Assembly: GCA_016840165.1 (NCBI GenBank)
Contig: JAEOSU010000009.1
Coordinates: 1-64,000 of the forward strand
DNA from: Promethearchaeota archaeon
GTDB lineage: Archaea > Asgardarchaeota > Lokiarchaeia > Sigyniarchaeales > SOKP01
Direction of reading: 5' to 3'
Length of the DNA: 64,000 nucleotides
Program-made: the position numbers and the translations under genes
Shown here: positions 29,784 through 39,977 of the stretch, in pieces
How the letters are laid out: the number at the start of each line of letters is the position of its first letter
Position numbering within the stretch: position 1 is the stretch's first letter
The notes under the pieces: model-generated
What the model was told of the DNA's origin: nothing
What the model saw: only the letters and a program-made list of their open reading frames with translations
The model's database searches: none

Positions 29784-30809
29784 TTATGTTAATTGATCCC
29801 ACTTTCCACATCTTGAACCCCAGCGAGCAATAATCTTATTGTCTTGTTCGGGCATTCTTACTTGTACAATCTCACAATTATTAGGACAGTCACCACAATG
29901 GAAAGTAGATGTTTTGAATTCGATATCCGAGACTTCCAATCCACGGAATACGGTTTCACTTCCGTGCTCTGTATAGTAATCTCTGACTAAAATTGCCATT
30001 CCTAGAGCACCCATCAAAACGTTATATTTTGGTACGATTACCTTGCATCCTAAGTGGCGCTCAAATGCTTGAATTATCCCTTTATTATATGAAACGCCAC
30101 CTTGAAATACCACAGGTTCATCTAATTCCTTTCCCTTTCCTACATTATTCATATAGTTTCTTACTAAAGAATCGCACAATCCTGCAATGATATCTTCTTT
30201 TGAATAACCTGCGTTTTGTTTATGAATCATATCCGATTCTGCAAAGACTGTGCATCTCCCCGCAATACTCACGGGGTTTTTAGACTGTATAGCATAATCT
30301 CCAAAATCCTCGATAGGAATACCTAATCGTGCTGCTTGATGATCAAGAAAAGAACCCGTGCCTGCAGCACAAACCGAATTCATAGCAAAATCAACTATTA
30401 TGCCATCCCGGAGGATAATAATTTTTGAATCTTGTCCTCCAATTTCTAATATAGTCCTTACATCAGGATACATTGACTGGGTAGCAACCGCATGAGCAAT
30501 TATTTCAGTTTTAGCTAAATCTCCACCTACCACTGCTTTCGTTAAATAACGGGCTGAGCCCGTGGTTCCACAACATTTTATCGCATAATCATGGAGATTT
30601 GGATCCTCTTCTATTTTATCACGTAATTCTGACATTCCTGCTTTCGCAGAATCAATAGGAGAACCGCGATTACGCAAAAATACACTAGTAAGAACTTCTC
30701 CATTAATATCCATTAAAACGAATTTACAAGATACGGATCCGATATCAATTCCTAAAAAAGCCTCTTTCTTTCCCTCTTCACTTTTTACTTTATTAGATAC
30801 TTCAACCAT
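29784..30809 (-). CDS. ATP-dependent CoA-substrate-specific enzyme activase (HgdC/BadF-BadG-BcrA-BcrD, ASKHA fold) with C-terminal Cys cluster
   Basis: GIDIGSVSCK, TTGSAR, EIIAH, EIGGQDSK, MNSVCAAGTGSFLD, AGRCTVFAESD, QGGV, CGDCPNNC...GSRC. Confidence 0.92.
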   Translation of the reverse strand: MVEVSNKVKSEEGKKEAFLGIDIGSVSCKFVLMDINGEVLTSVFLRNRGSPIDSAKAGMSELRDKIEEDPNLHDYAIKCCGTTGSARYLTKAVVGGDLAKTEIIAHAVATQSMYPDVRTILEIGGQDSKIIILRDGIIVDFAMNSVCAAGTGSFLDHQAARLGIPIEDFGDYAIQSKNPVSIAGRCTVFAESDMIHKQNAGYSKEDIIAGLCDSLVRNYMNNVGKGKELDEPVVFQGGVSYNKGIIQAFERHLGCKVIVPKYNVLMGALGMAILVRDYYTEHGSETVFRGLEVSDIEFKTSTFHCGDCPNNCEIVQVRMPEQDNKIIARWGSRCGKWDQLT

Positions 30810-30816
30810 TTCTTTT

Positions 30817-32004
30817 TCACTCCGCTTGAATTAACTGAGCTATTTCGTTATAAAATTCCCCACCATATTGTGGATATATTTTCTTTTGGCCGTTTGCCAT
30901 AAATTCTGGTGTACTTTTAATCTCTCTATCACGTCTCGCTTCCAATAAATCATAAAATGCCTCTAATCTAGTTCGAAATCCTTCTTGACCGCTCTGCTCA
31001 TCAAAAGAAAAATAAATTACTGGAAGGTCGTAAATTTTCTTGAGTTTATTGGTAATTATTGTTCGGGCTGTAACCTCAGGCATACAAGTGAAAGGGTACG
31101 AATGAATGAATCCATCGAATCCCGCATTTGCCTTATCAATATATTCGCCTAATACCCATACACATTCTCCGCCAATATCCATAGGCATATATGGTTTAGC
31201 CAAATGTTCAAGCCATTTGCGGTGATAATTCAAATGAAATTTATGGACAACCCAGTCATATAAACTCAAACTCTGGTGGACCTCGACTCCCATCTCACCT
31301 AATTTTCTTCGAATGTCAAGATTCACATAAGGTTCCAAGCTTATATGTATCTCACCAGAAAGACCAACTCTTAATGGGGTTCTCGATCTATCAATATCGA
31401 TTGAATTGAAATCATCTTTAATAATTTTTTTAAAACTACGCAATTCCACTAAAGTGTTAGCCTTATCAAGTTTTTGTAATAATTCATTCACAACTCGTGT
31501 TGTGTCGCCTAAATTACGCTCATACGCACGAAATAAGCCTTCGGCGGTCTGAATATCATTTAATAACTTTGCTTTTTTCAAAAAGTAAATAACTGCTTTT
31601 ATATATTTCGAATAGATAAATAAATCTTTTCGACCACTTACTTCTTGTAAGGTCTTAATCCAGTGAAATTCCAATAGATCTGCTTGATCTAATGGAATTA
31701 CGCGAATATTTTTATATCCCATATCTCGTAAAATGCGTTCTTGGACACTTGCATAAAAACCGAAACGACATGGTCCGCAATCAATTGCCATTACAAGAGT
31801 ATCAGCACCCTTTTTAATTGCACTAACAAAATCACCAAGAGTAGCTTTAAACGGAAAACATACGAATTCAGGACTGTATTTTACTCCGATTTTAATCGCT
31901 TCACGATTTGTGGGATCGGGAAGGACAACATCTAAATCTAATGCTGTGAATAATGTCTTGAAGGCGACCCAGTTAGGTCCCATGTTTGGAAAGGAAATTA
32001 GCAT
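30817..32004 (-). CDS. 2-hydroxyacyl-CoA dehydratase/reductase-like subunit (PlsR-like)
   Basis: CFPFK..LG, GPCRFGFY, GEI, PFTCMPE, DEQSG.EG..TRLEAF. Confidence 0.8.
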   Translation of the reverse strand: MLISFPNMGPNWVAFKTLFTALDLDVVLPDPTNREAIKIGVKYSPEFVCFPFKATLGDFVSAIKKGADTLVMAIDCGPCRFGFYASVQERILRDMGYKNIRVIPLDQADLLEFHWIKTLQEVSGRKDLFIYSKYIKAVIYFLKKAKLLNDIQTAEGLFRAYERNLGDTTRVVNELLQKLDKANTLVELRSFKKIIKDDFNSIDIDRSRTPLRVGLSGEIHISLEPYVNLDIRRKLGEMGVEVHQSLSLYDWVVHKFHLNYHRKWLEHLAKPYMPMDIGGECVWVLGEYIDKANAGFDGFIHSYPFTCMPEVTARTIITNKLKKIYDLPVIYFSFDEQSGQEGFRTRLEAFYDLLEARRDREIKSTPEFMANGQKKIYPQYGGEFYNEIAQLIQAE

Positions 32005-32184
32005 TATTTATTCGTTTTTTGCGGGTGTCTTGCTTTTTACTTAACTATGTATTTTAATAAAAACAGTCTTATATAAAAAATTACCCATTAACTTCAGAAT
32101 CTCAAAAGTATGATAGCTTCTATTAAAATGTTATAATTTTTTTATTAAATTTAAGAATAAATCCAAGTCTTTTGAGGATAGTAA

Positions 32185-33258
32185 TTAAGTCGCTTCATAG
32201 AAATTAATTTTTGATTTCCATCTCGGTTCCAACCCAAGTTTTTTTCTCTTTCTACGAACCATTTCAACAAAACTTTCAATTCGGGTCATCATTCCTGCCT
32301 CTCCAGAATGTTCGTCCATAATTATTTCTAGAAATGGTAATCCAACCACTTTCATATCGCGCATTATTAGTTCGGAGATAAGACTGTCAGGACCGCATGC
32401 AAAACTTATTAGAAAGATTACCCCATCAATCTCGTTTCGACCTTTAGTGAGAAAAAAGCGTATCGCCTGCATAATCTCTTCCTCATGTCGCCAATAATTT
32501 CTTAGAATTCCTCCTCTAGGATTGACAATAACAGGTTTTTTAAACAAATATTCTGGGAGATTTTCGATAGTAAGTACTTCCACACCTTGGTTATGCAACT
32601 TTTTAATAAAATCCAAATTGATGAAGGTATCAAATATATTATAGGCATGTCCAAGTAATAAAAAGCGGATATCCCCTTGTACTTTCTTTTTTGGTAATTT
32701 AAAGGGTAAACTACGTTGAACGAGACGTAAGGCATGATTCACAGAGCCCCCCTCTCGTAAAAACCTGTGATAATCATCAAAATAGGTTTGCGCTTTATTA
32801 TATGCGTCGAGAGATGCATTTTGTCCCTTTCCCAATTGTTTTCCAAGTTCTATTGCAGATGTAGAAATGGGAAAATCTTTTACATTTACTTCAAAATTCA
32901 AAATTTTTGGTATAGGCAAGATTTTGATTACATCGGGTAATGATAAAAACTTAGGACAAAAGTAGGATTCTGGAACTTCAGAAACATATCGTGGGACAAA
33001 AATAAAATCTAAATCAGGATTTGCTTCAACTAATTTGAGAACTTGACCATAATAAATTTTTACGGGAATACACAATTCTCCAAATCCATGTGTAACTCCT
33101 TCCTCAACAATTTTTTTGTTTGTAGGAGGACTGAGTACGATCTCTGCATCTAATTCTTCCAATAATTTTTTCCAAAAAGGATAGTAACGATAATAATGAA
33201 GAGCTCTTGGAATTCCGACTTTATATCGCTTTTTAACACCAATATTACTTAAAGCCAT
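32185..33258 (-). CDS. DUF2229-like CoA-activase-associated reductase/dehydratase subunit
   Basis: KVGIPRAL.YY.YYPFW, CIPVK.YYG, CPK, LLGHAYN..D, FACGPD, DEHSGEAG..TRIESF. Confidence 0.82.
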   Translation of the reverse strand: MALSNIGVKKRYKVGIPRALHYYRYYPFWKKLLEELDAEIVLSPPTNKKIVEEGVTHGFGELCIPVKIYYGQVLKLVEANPDLDFIFVPRYVSEVPESYFCPKFLSLPDVIKILPIPKILNFEVNVKDFPISTSAIELGKQLGKGQNASLDAYNKAQTYFDDYHRFLREGGSVNHALRLVQRSLPFKLPKKKVQGDIRFLLLGHAYNIFDTFINLDFIKKLHNQGVEVLTIENLPEYLFKKPVIVNPRGGILRNYWRHEEEIMQAIRFFLTKGRNEIDGVIFLISFACGPDSLISELIMRDMKVVGLPFLEIIMDEHSGEAGMMTRIESFVEMVRRKRKKLGLEPRWKSKINFYEAT

Positions 33259-33278
33259 CGCAAGAGTCCTTTTGCTAA

Positions 33279-34949
33279 TTATGCGTCCGGAGTATCATAG
33301 AGCATTAAGTCTTTAATTTGAGCCATCATATTATCCGTTAACCGTTTCAGTTCTTCGTAATCAGGCATAGGTTTACCCCAATATTTTTTATGTTCTAAGA
33401 AAACTGGTCCGGCTTTGAATATATTACCTTTGTAGAAATTTATGTTCTTTGCATGTTTCGGATAAGTATTTTCAGTACCAGTGACACCAACTAACACGAT
33501 CGGTACTTGAGCTTCAATTGCCAACCGTATTGCCCCCGTATGAGCATCCAATAACTCGCCATTACCAGGATTTGTTGTTCCCTCTGGATAGATGGTTACT
33601 ATTTGCCCTTTACTAAGTAAATATCTAGCATAATTAAATGAATCCACATCGTGGGCTCCTCTTCTTAATGGAAAGGCAAAATGGGTTCTTACCCATGCAT
33701 TTACTACAGGGATTTGAAATAAGGACTGCTTAGACATTTGCCAAATTGGTCTTTTCTTATGAATTCCAAAAGCAGTTGCGAGCATAATTACATCCCATTC
33801 AGAATTGTGATTCGTACAGAGTATAAATGCCCCTTCATCAGGGATGTTTTTCTCCCAATCTATGACACGGTAGGGAGCCATAATATCACACCACCTATTC
33901 ACTACCTGAGCCGAAAACATATATATAGTCTCTTTAAATTTCCAATCAATCTTCAATTCCTCTAAACTTCTAATTAATGCATACCATGAATCATCAATCA
34001 ATTGTAGTGTTCCTTTCAATAAATCCTTTCCATATGTTTTCAGATTAAATTTTGACTTCTGTTCAACATCTTCTGGTGATCCAATCGAAAGCTCCTCCTG
34101 TGGTTTTCCATAAATCCCTTGCCTTAATTCATATATTACTGTTCTTAATTCATTGGTCAATCTCCTTATGTCATCATATGACATCTTATCAACATCGTAT
34201 TTGTCATAGTATATAGGTTCTCCTACTCGCGCGATTACTTGAGTTGGTTTCATCACTAATTTTCCTTTTGGTAATGCATTCTGCGAACCAATTATTGCCA
34301 TTGGGACAATAGGGCAATCCATCTCTAAAGCTAAACGCACTGCTCCTGTCTTGAATTCACCGATATTCTCATCGTGGGCGCGAGTTCCTTCTGGAAAAAT
34401 ACCGACTACTTCACCTTCACTTAATAAATCCTTTGCATATTGCCAACCAAGTGTTGGATTCTCTCGATCTAATTTAAATGCACTTAAATTAGTAAATAAA
34501 GTTCTAACTATAGGGGTCTTGAAATTATCTAATTTACTCATCCAATGAATATGGCGATGCATGGCTGCTCCACAGAAAAACGGGTCCAAATGACTGTTAT
34601 GAGTACTTACGAGAATAACGGGGCCCCATTCTGGAAAGAGGTTCTTCTTTGGATATTCGGCTTTGAAGTTCCAAAACATCCTAGCTGCAAGTTTAACATA
34701 TATATATGCCGCCCACCATTGAAATCTCTTTTCTAAGTGAGTGAGATTCAACCGCTCGATAATATCCCGGTAGATATTATTGATTGAGTCGATTGGATTG
34801 TATTTTAAAAGCTTATAGAGAACATTTTCATGCGTTTTATCCAGCTTCAAATCTCCTTTAAGTTTTTCCTCTATTATTCTTTCTGGCTCGTAGTCATAGT
34901 CCTTTGAGACGACTTGCTTTGGTTTTTGCGTTTGTTTTTCGAGTTCCAT
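33279..34949 (-). CDS. Tandem two-domain PlsC-like (LPLAT) acyltransferase
   Basis: Domain 1: HNSHLD, WMSK, FPEGTR, FKTGAVRLA, PIVP. Domain 2: NHNSEWD, QMSK, YPEGTT, HTGAIRLA, PIVLV. Confidence 0.9.
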   Translation of the reverse strand: MELEKQTQKPKQVVSKDYDYEPERIIEEKLKGDLKLDKTHENVLYKLLKYNPIDSINNIYRDIIERLNLTHLEKRFQWWAAYIYVKLAARMFWNFKAEYPKKNLFPEWGPVILVSTHNSHLDPFFCGAAMHRHIHWMSKLDNFKTPIVRTLFTNLSAFKLDRENPTLGWQYAKDLLSEGEVVGIFPEGTRAHDENIGEFKTGAVRLALEMDCPIVPMAIIGSQNALPKGKLVMKPTQVIARVGEPIYYDKYDVDKMSYDDIRRLTNELRTVIYELRQGIYGKPQEELSIGSPEDVEQKSKFNLKTYGKDLLKGTLQLIDDSWYALIRSLEELKIDWKFKETIYMFSAQVVNRWCDIMAPYRVIDWEKNIPDEGAFILCTNHNSEWDVIMLATAFGIHKKRPIWQMSKQSLFQIPVVNAWVRTHFAFPLRRGAHDVDSFNYARYLLSKGQIVTIYPEGTTNPGNGELLDAHTGAIRLAIEAQVPIVLVGVTGTENTYPKHAKNINFYKGNIFKAGPVFLEHKKYWGKPMPDYEELKRLTDNMMAQIKDLMLYDTPDA

Positions 34950-35245
34950 AATTTCTCAACTCTACGAATTATTAAAAAAAGGGCTAAAATTTAATAAAGT
35001 CCCTTTTCAAGTGTAATTATCTTTACTTAAAGATCCTTTTGTTTTTATATTTATTCATTTAATTAATATGCAATTAAGTATGATACCTAGATTGCTAAAA
35101 TGGAAGGTCTAAGGCTATTTTTTAGTATTATTTCTTTAATTTCAAAAAAGGAAGAATGTCTATTCCACTTGAAGATCTCATTCTTTAATTTATATATTTC
35201 AGATAAAATTATTTTCCATCAGGAATTAATTTTAAGAATTTGATT

Positions 35246-36001
35246 TTATTTAGAATTAGATGGCTTTTTTTGTTCTACCAATCCTAAAAGTTCATCCAAT
35301 GATTCAACCAAAACTTCTGGGCTGGATTCAGCTAATGTTTGTTTACTACTTACACCACTTGCTATGCCAACCGTCCATACTCCTGCTTCTTTGCCCGATA
35401 TGATATCAGAAGGCATGTCTCCGATCATGATGAATTCTTTTAATTTAGTTGATTTATAACTTTCAAGAACCGGAGTTAAAGCATTAGGATCGGGTTTTAG
35501 TGCAGGTAATAGATCTGCCCCATATACTCCTTTAAATAAATGTTCGATATTTTCCTTCTCGAGATGTTCCAATACATTTCTGGTTTGATTATGTGAAACG
35601 ATAAATAAATCGAAAGATTTCTTAAGTTTTTTCAATATTTCTATGCAATTTGGATAAAATGGAGCCTCTTTCGCATAAGTCAAATATTTGGTGAAAATTC
35701 TAACAGCTATTTCTAATTTCTTAAAAAATGTAAGTGATTTTAAGGATGTTATGTACTCAAACATATCATACGATTCAAGCAGGATTTTAGGAAGAGGATA
35801 TCCTTGAATAGTTTCCATTAAAGCTCCTATTTCTTCTATTGTATTGCTGATATCAGCATTAATATTTTTTTTTTGATATACTTCCTCTATTGATTTTTGC
35901 AGCGGTTCTCTAATATCTAGAAGTGTACCATCAAAATCAAAAATAATACCTTTAATCGCTCCTGTTTGGAGCCGTTTTAATAGTTGGTTGTCAGCGGACA
36001 T
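35246..36001 (-). CDS. HAD-superfamily phosphatase
   Basis: FDFDGTL, IVS, KPDP, IGDMPSDI..G..AG. Confidence 0.88.
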   Translation of the reverse strand: MSADNQLLKRLQTGAIKGIIFDFDGTLLDIREPLQKSIEEVYQKKNINADISNTIEEIGALMETIQGYPLPKILLESYDMFEYITSLKSLTFFKKLEIAVRIFTKYLTYAKEAPFYPNCIEILKKLKKSFDLFIVSHNQTRNVLEHLEKENIEHLFKGVYGADLLPALKPDPNALTPVLESYKSTKLKEFIMIGDMPSDIISGKEAGVWTVGIASGVSSKQTLAESSPEVLVESLDELLGLVEQKKPSNSK

Positions 36002-36301
36002 GAATTTAAATTTGTAGGTTGTTGAATATCTTTATGAAAAGAATTATTTGTTTTTATATTTAATCGATTGAATAATATGCTATTAAGTATGAAAATAATA
36101 AATCTGTAGACTATCTTTTTTAAGCAGAAAAAGCAATAATTTTTCTTTTTCAAAAACAACTCTCTAAGATTATAATTTAGCTTTTTTAGATATTTTAACA
36201 GTATTAATTTTATTGTTTCATATAAATTCTCTGCCAAAATTATTTATACTGATTTTGTTATTAAGAATTTAAAACTTTAACTTATCTAATAATTAAAAAG
36301 G

Positions 36302-38593
36302 GTGTCTAAGGTGGAAAGGAAATGTAAGCTTTCTATAATAATTATATTTTTTTTGACGCTTAATTGTACTCTAATGATGAGATTTTTCAATTCTTTAACA
36401 ACTTCACCAAGTGGTGAAAGTTTTGGGTTAAAGAGTAGTCAAATTTATGCTGGAAATTATTCTGGTGATATTTCAATAATGTATTTTGATCAAGACTCTA
36501 TCTCATCATCAGAATTTAGTACTTCCTCTTTAACACAAATTATTCCTCATAATATATCAAGACCTGGGGCAGAATATAAAGTGAACAATTTAGATATTTA
36601 TGCAGAGATAGCCTTCGGTCATAAAATTGCGGGAAATATATCGGAACAGATTAGCTATGCTCCATCATTAGCTTTTGGACAAGAATTTATCTATCCAGAT
36701 ATAGAATATCTTGAAGGTTTTCTCCTTTATTTAAATTATAGTCTGCTTTTAGAGCCAATTTCATATTATTATTGGGATGTGTCTATCTATGATGAATTTT
36801 TTACCACCGAAATTGATTGGTTTTATAACTATGAAGAAAGAAAAGAAGTAGATGAGTGGATGCGTTTTGAACCGTATGTGCATAAATATAATGTGTCCCA
36901 GAAATACAATATTGTTTTGAGGTTTTATCACTCCAATTTAGGATATGTCCGACCATTTGATTTTTGGAAGGCAGAAAACTATACTAGTCCTATCTATAAT
37001 CAAGGAGCAACTACTTACTTCAATGGCACTGACTTTGTCCCGGTTAAAAATGATACAACATCAGATTTGCTCTGCTATTTATTATATTCTGAAAAGTTAA
37101 ATCCATCAACTATTGATATTCAATTTATCATCAATGATGTATCCTATACTCCTATTTATGCTGATACTTATGTATATTATTCCCACTCCTTTGGTGCCCC
37201 ACTATTTCAAGCTATCAATCTTACTATAATAAGTGATAAAGTAATCCCAGTATTACGCGTCACCACAGATGTATATTATATTAATTTAATCCAAGCGGAG
37301 GGAATTTATAAGGTTTATAATAATCACATTGAATGGGTTATAAATTATCCATATAGAGAAATTCACTATGGATGGCCTCCCCCCCTCTTCTTGTTCGAAA
37401 AAGACTGGGTTCTGGACTCTTTAAATGACTCACGTGGTTTTGAGATGAGTGATATTTATTTTGGTCCAGTTACCTTATATAATACGTCATATTATGGTAT
37501 TGTCACATTTTTTGGGCCCCCTTTAGAACAAGGGAATTATACTGGTACTTTTTTCTCACCGAATTATTGTCAATCAATCAATCCTCAATTAAAAACAGTA
37601 AACGGATTTATTTCTCAAGTTTCATTTGAACTTGGACAGACTTTTCGCATCGAGGCACCTTTGATCAGCACTTTATACCCAAATGTAACTGATGGAATAG
37701 GCCAAATTAATTTACGAAATCCCTCGGGTCAAATAATCCATGATGAATCAAATATATCTCCTACTGATGGCAAACTTATTAGTTCAGAAATCGAAATTAC
37801 TAATGAAATGGAAGAAGGTATATATGAAGTTGAGATTTTTTGGTCAAATGGTAAAGAGGTAGCATATTATACCTTTCAATTTGAAGTAAGAGCACCCCTC
37901 AATTTACTTTTAATCATTGGCTTATCTTTATCTATTGGAGTAATTTCTATTGCAGCTGCGTTAGTAGTAAGAAGGCAAATTCGCATGAGAAATTGGGAAA
38001 AATCATTACGAAATTTATTTGTATTAACAAAAGACGGATTAAGTCTCTACGAATATTCATTTGGGATCGAGATTCAAGATCCTGCTCTTATTTCTGGAAT
38101 GATAGCCGCTCTCACTCAATTTGTACGGGAAGCTACAGGAAGTAAGAAGGCGCTTCGCACTGTTGACCAAGAAGATAAAAAAGTTCTTCTTTATCATGGG
38201 AGCTATACAACCACAGCTTTATTAGCAGAAAAAGATTTGCCAATTATCCATAAAAGGATTAAAGGTTTTGCTGAGGAATTTGAAGGAACCTTTAATAAGA
38301 ATATTAAGCATTTTAGTGGCGAAGTATCTGCTTTTAAAAATGCAAATGTAATAGTAAACAAATATTTTCCCTTAGATGTAGAAGAACAAGTTATACGGGG
38401 AGTTCGTGAAAAATTAATAGAATTTCGAGAACGTTTAAATGTATTAACTGACCCAAGACATATTATATCCTTAATGAGAGAAATAACTGAATTTATCTCT
38501 CGGTATCATGCGATAGTTAACGAGCATTATCTCAATTATTACAATGAGATTATCAAAGTAGCAGAGCAAAAAATCTCTGGGCAATCTAATTAA
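36302..38593 (+). CDS. Receptor-like membrane protein: N-terminal anchor, large extracellular domain, TM helix, cytoplasmic longin-like domain
   Basis: Many N-x-S/T sequons in aa 30-530; TM LLLIIGLSLSIGVISIAAALVV followed by RR; then LFVLTKDGLSLYEYSF...DPALISGMIAALTQFVREATG. Confidence 0.72.
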   Translation: MSKVERKCKLSIIIIFFLTLNCTLMMRFFNSLTTSPSGESFGLKSSQIYAGNYSGDISIMYFDQDSISSSEFSTSSLTQIIPHNISRPGAEYKVNNLDIYAEIAFGHKIAGNISEQISYAPSLAFGQEFIYPDIEYLEGFLLYLNYSLLLEPISYYYWDVSIYDEFFTTEIDWFYNYEERKEVDEWMRFEPYVHKYNVSQKYNIVLRFYHSNLGYVRPFDFWKAENYTSPIYNQGATTYFNGTDFVPVKNDTTSDLLCYLLYSEKLNPSTIDIQFIINDVSYTPIYADTYVYYSHSFGAPLFQAINLTIISDKVIPVLRVTTDVYYINLIQAEGIYKVYNNHIEWVINYPYREIHYGWPPPLFLFEKDWVLDSLNDSRGFEMSDIYFGPVTLYNTSYYGIVTFFGPPLEQGNYTGTFFSPNYCQSINPQLKTVNGFISQVSFELGQTFRIEAPLISTLYPNVTDGIGQINLRNPSGQIIHDESNISPTDGKLISSEIEITNEMEEGIYEVEIFWSNGKEVAYYTFQFEVRAPLNLLLIIGLSLSIGVISIAAALVVRRQIRMRNWEKSLRNLFVLTKDGLSLYEYSFGIEIQDPALISGMIAALTQFVREATGSKKALRTVDQEDKKVLLYHGSYTTTALLAEKDLPIIHKRIKGFAEEFEGTFNKNIKHFSGEVSAFKNANVIVNKYFPLDVEEQVIRGVREKLIEFRERLNVLTDPRHIISLMREITEFISRYHAIVNEHYLNYYNEIIKVAEQKISGQSN

Positions 38594-38704
38594 ACTTTTT
38601 TTCTTTTCCTTTCATTTATCTAATACGTCTAATAGGACTCATAAGCTTTAATAGAATTTCATTATTTATTTTCTCTATAGAAAGGAGCATATTGGATTCG
38701 TTAT

Positions 38705-39901
38705 ATGGATGAAAAAAAATATAAAATATTTCCTATCTTGTTTTTAGCCTTTTTTAGGGTTGCATTAGGGGTAGCTATTGGTTTAGCAGTTCCAATATAC
38801 TTAATTAGTATAAATCTTGAACCTGAATTTATTGGAATCATTACTTCTGGAACAGCGATGGCATATTTATTCTCCCCCTTACTATTTCGTAACATTCATA
38901 AAAAATTAGGTTTAAAAATGACCTTAATTCTCTCAAGCTCGGGATTTTTATTAATTCAAATAATAATTCAATTTACATTAGATCCTTGGGTTATCTATAT
39001 TCTTTTAATCGCGGATGGAATCTTTTTAGGCTTCTTTTGGCCTGATTTAATGAATATTATCTCTATTATATCAAATCAAAAACAATATTATAAGAATGAA
39101 CAAGAGAAAAACAAATTAATGAAATCATATAGTCTGGCTTGGAATTTAGGAGGAGTATTTAGTTTTATAATGGGGACCATACTTCTTTTCTTGATAGATA
39201 ATAATTTAATTATGTTTAATTTCGCACTGATTTTTGCTATAATTGGGGTTATCTTTGCATTTTTAATTCAAAATCCAGATAATGATGTCAAATCGGAGAT
39301 TGTCATCCCTCCTGATAATGGTTTAAAGTGTATCCCTATTGAAGATGAAGTTTCCTTTCCTTTATATATCCCTCTTATGATAATTGGAATCTATGGCTTC
39401 TTAATCGGAGGAGTAGGATTAGCTTATCCGCTTAAGTCTGATTTATTAAGTTATGCGGTGTTCACAAATTATCTTTTTTATGCCATACGTTTGGCATCTC
39501 AAACAACAACTATCGCTAAATCAATGGATTTTAAACTCAATCGTATTAAAAAGGTGCTTCCTTATTCTACGGCGATCATCATCTTCACTCTTGTATTAAT
39601 GGCTTTCAATCAAAATCTTATAATGTTTGGTGTTTTATTTTTTATTTTTGGGACATTCTTATCATTTCATTACGTACTCTCATTCAAATTGATTGTATTT
39701 AAAAATATTGCTGAGAATACTTCGAAATATAGCGCCTACTTCGAGACTATGGTAGGATTTGGCTTTTTTTTTGCCCCTATTGTTTTAGGATTTGTGGTAA
39801 ATTTAGGTATCGACATAGGTTTTCTGTTTTTAGCCAGCTTATGTATATTAAGCTTAATTTTTTATTTATTGAAGAGAAAGAAAATAACGATACAGACATA
39901 A
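38705..39901 (+). CDS. MFS transporter
   Basis: About 12 TM segments in a 6+6 arrangement; G.FLGFFWP, AWNLGG..S...G. Confidence 0.8.
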   Translation: MDEKKYKIFPILFLAFFRVALGVAIGLAVPIYLISINLEPEFIGIITSGTAMAYLFSPLLFRNIHKKLGLKMTLILSSSGFLLIQIIIQFTLDPWVIYILLIADGIFLGFFWPDLMNIISIISNQKQYYKNEQEKNKLMKSYSLAWNLGGVFSFIMGTILLFLIDNNLIMFNFALIFAIIGVIFAFLIQNPDNDVKSEIVIPPDNGLKCIPIEDEVSFPLYIPLMIIGIYGFLIGGVGLAYPLKSDLLSYAVFTNYLFYAIRLASQTTTIAKSMDFKLNRIKKVLPYSTAIIIFTLVLMAFNQNLIMFGVLFFIFGTFLSFHYVLSFKLIVFKNIAENTSKYSAYFETMVGFGFFFAPIVLGFVVNLGIDIGFLFLASLCILSLIFYLLKRKKITIQT

Positions 39902-39977
39902 ATTTTGAACATAATAGTCTATCTTTTCAATAGATTCAAATTTCAAAAACCATTTTAAGGTAGCATACCAAGGCAAC

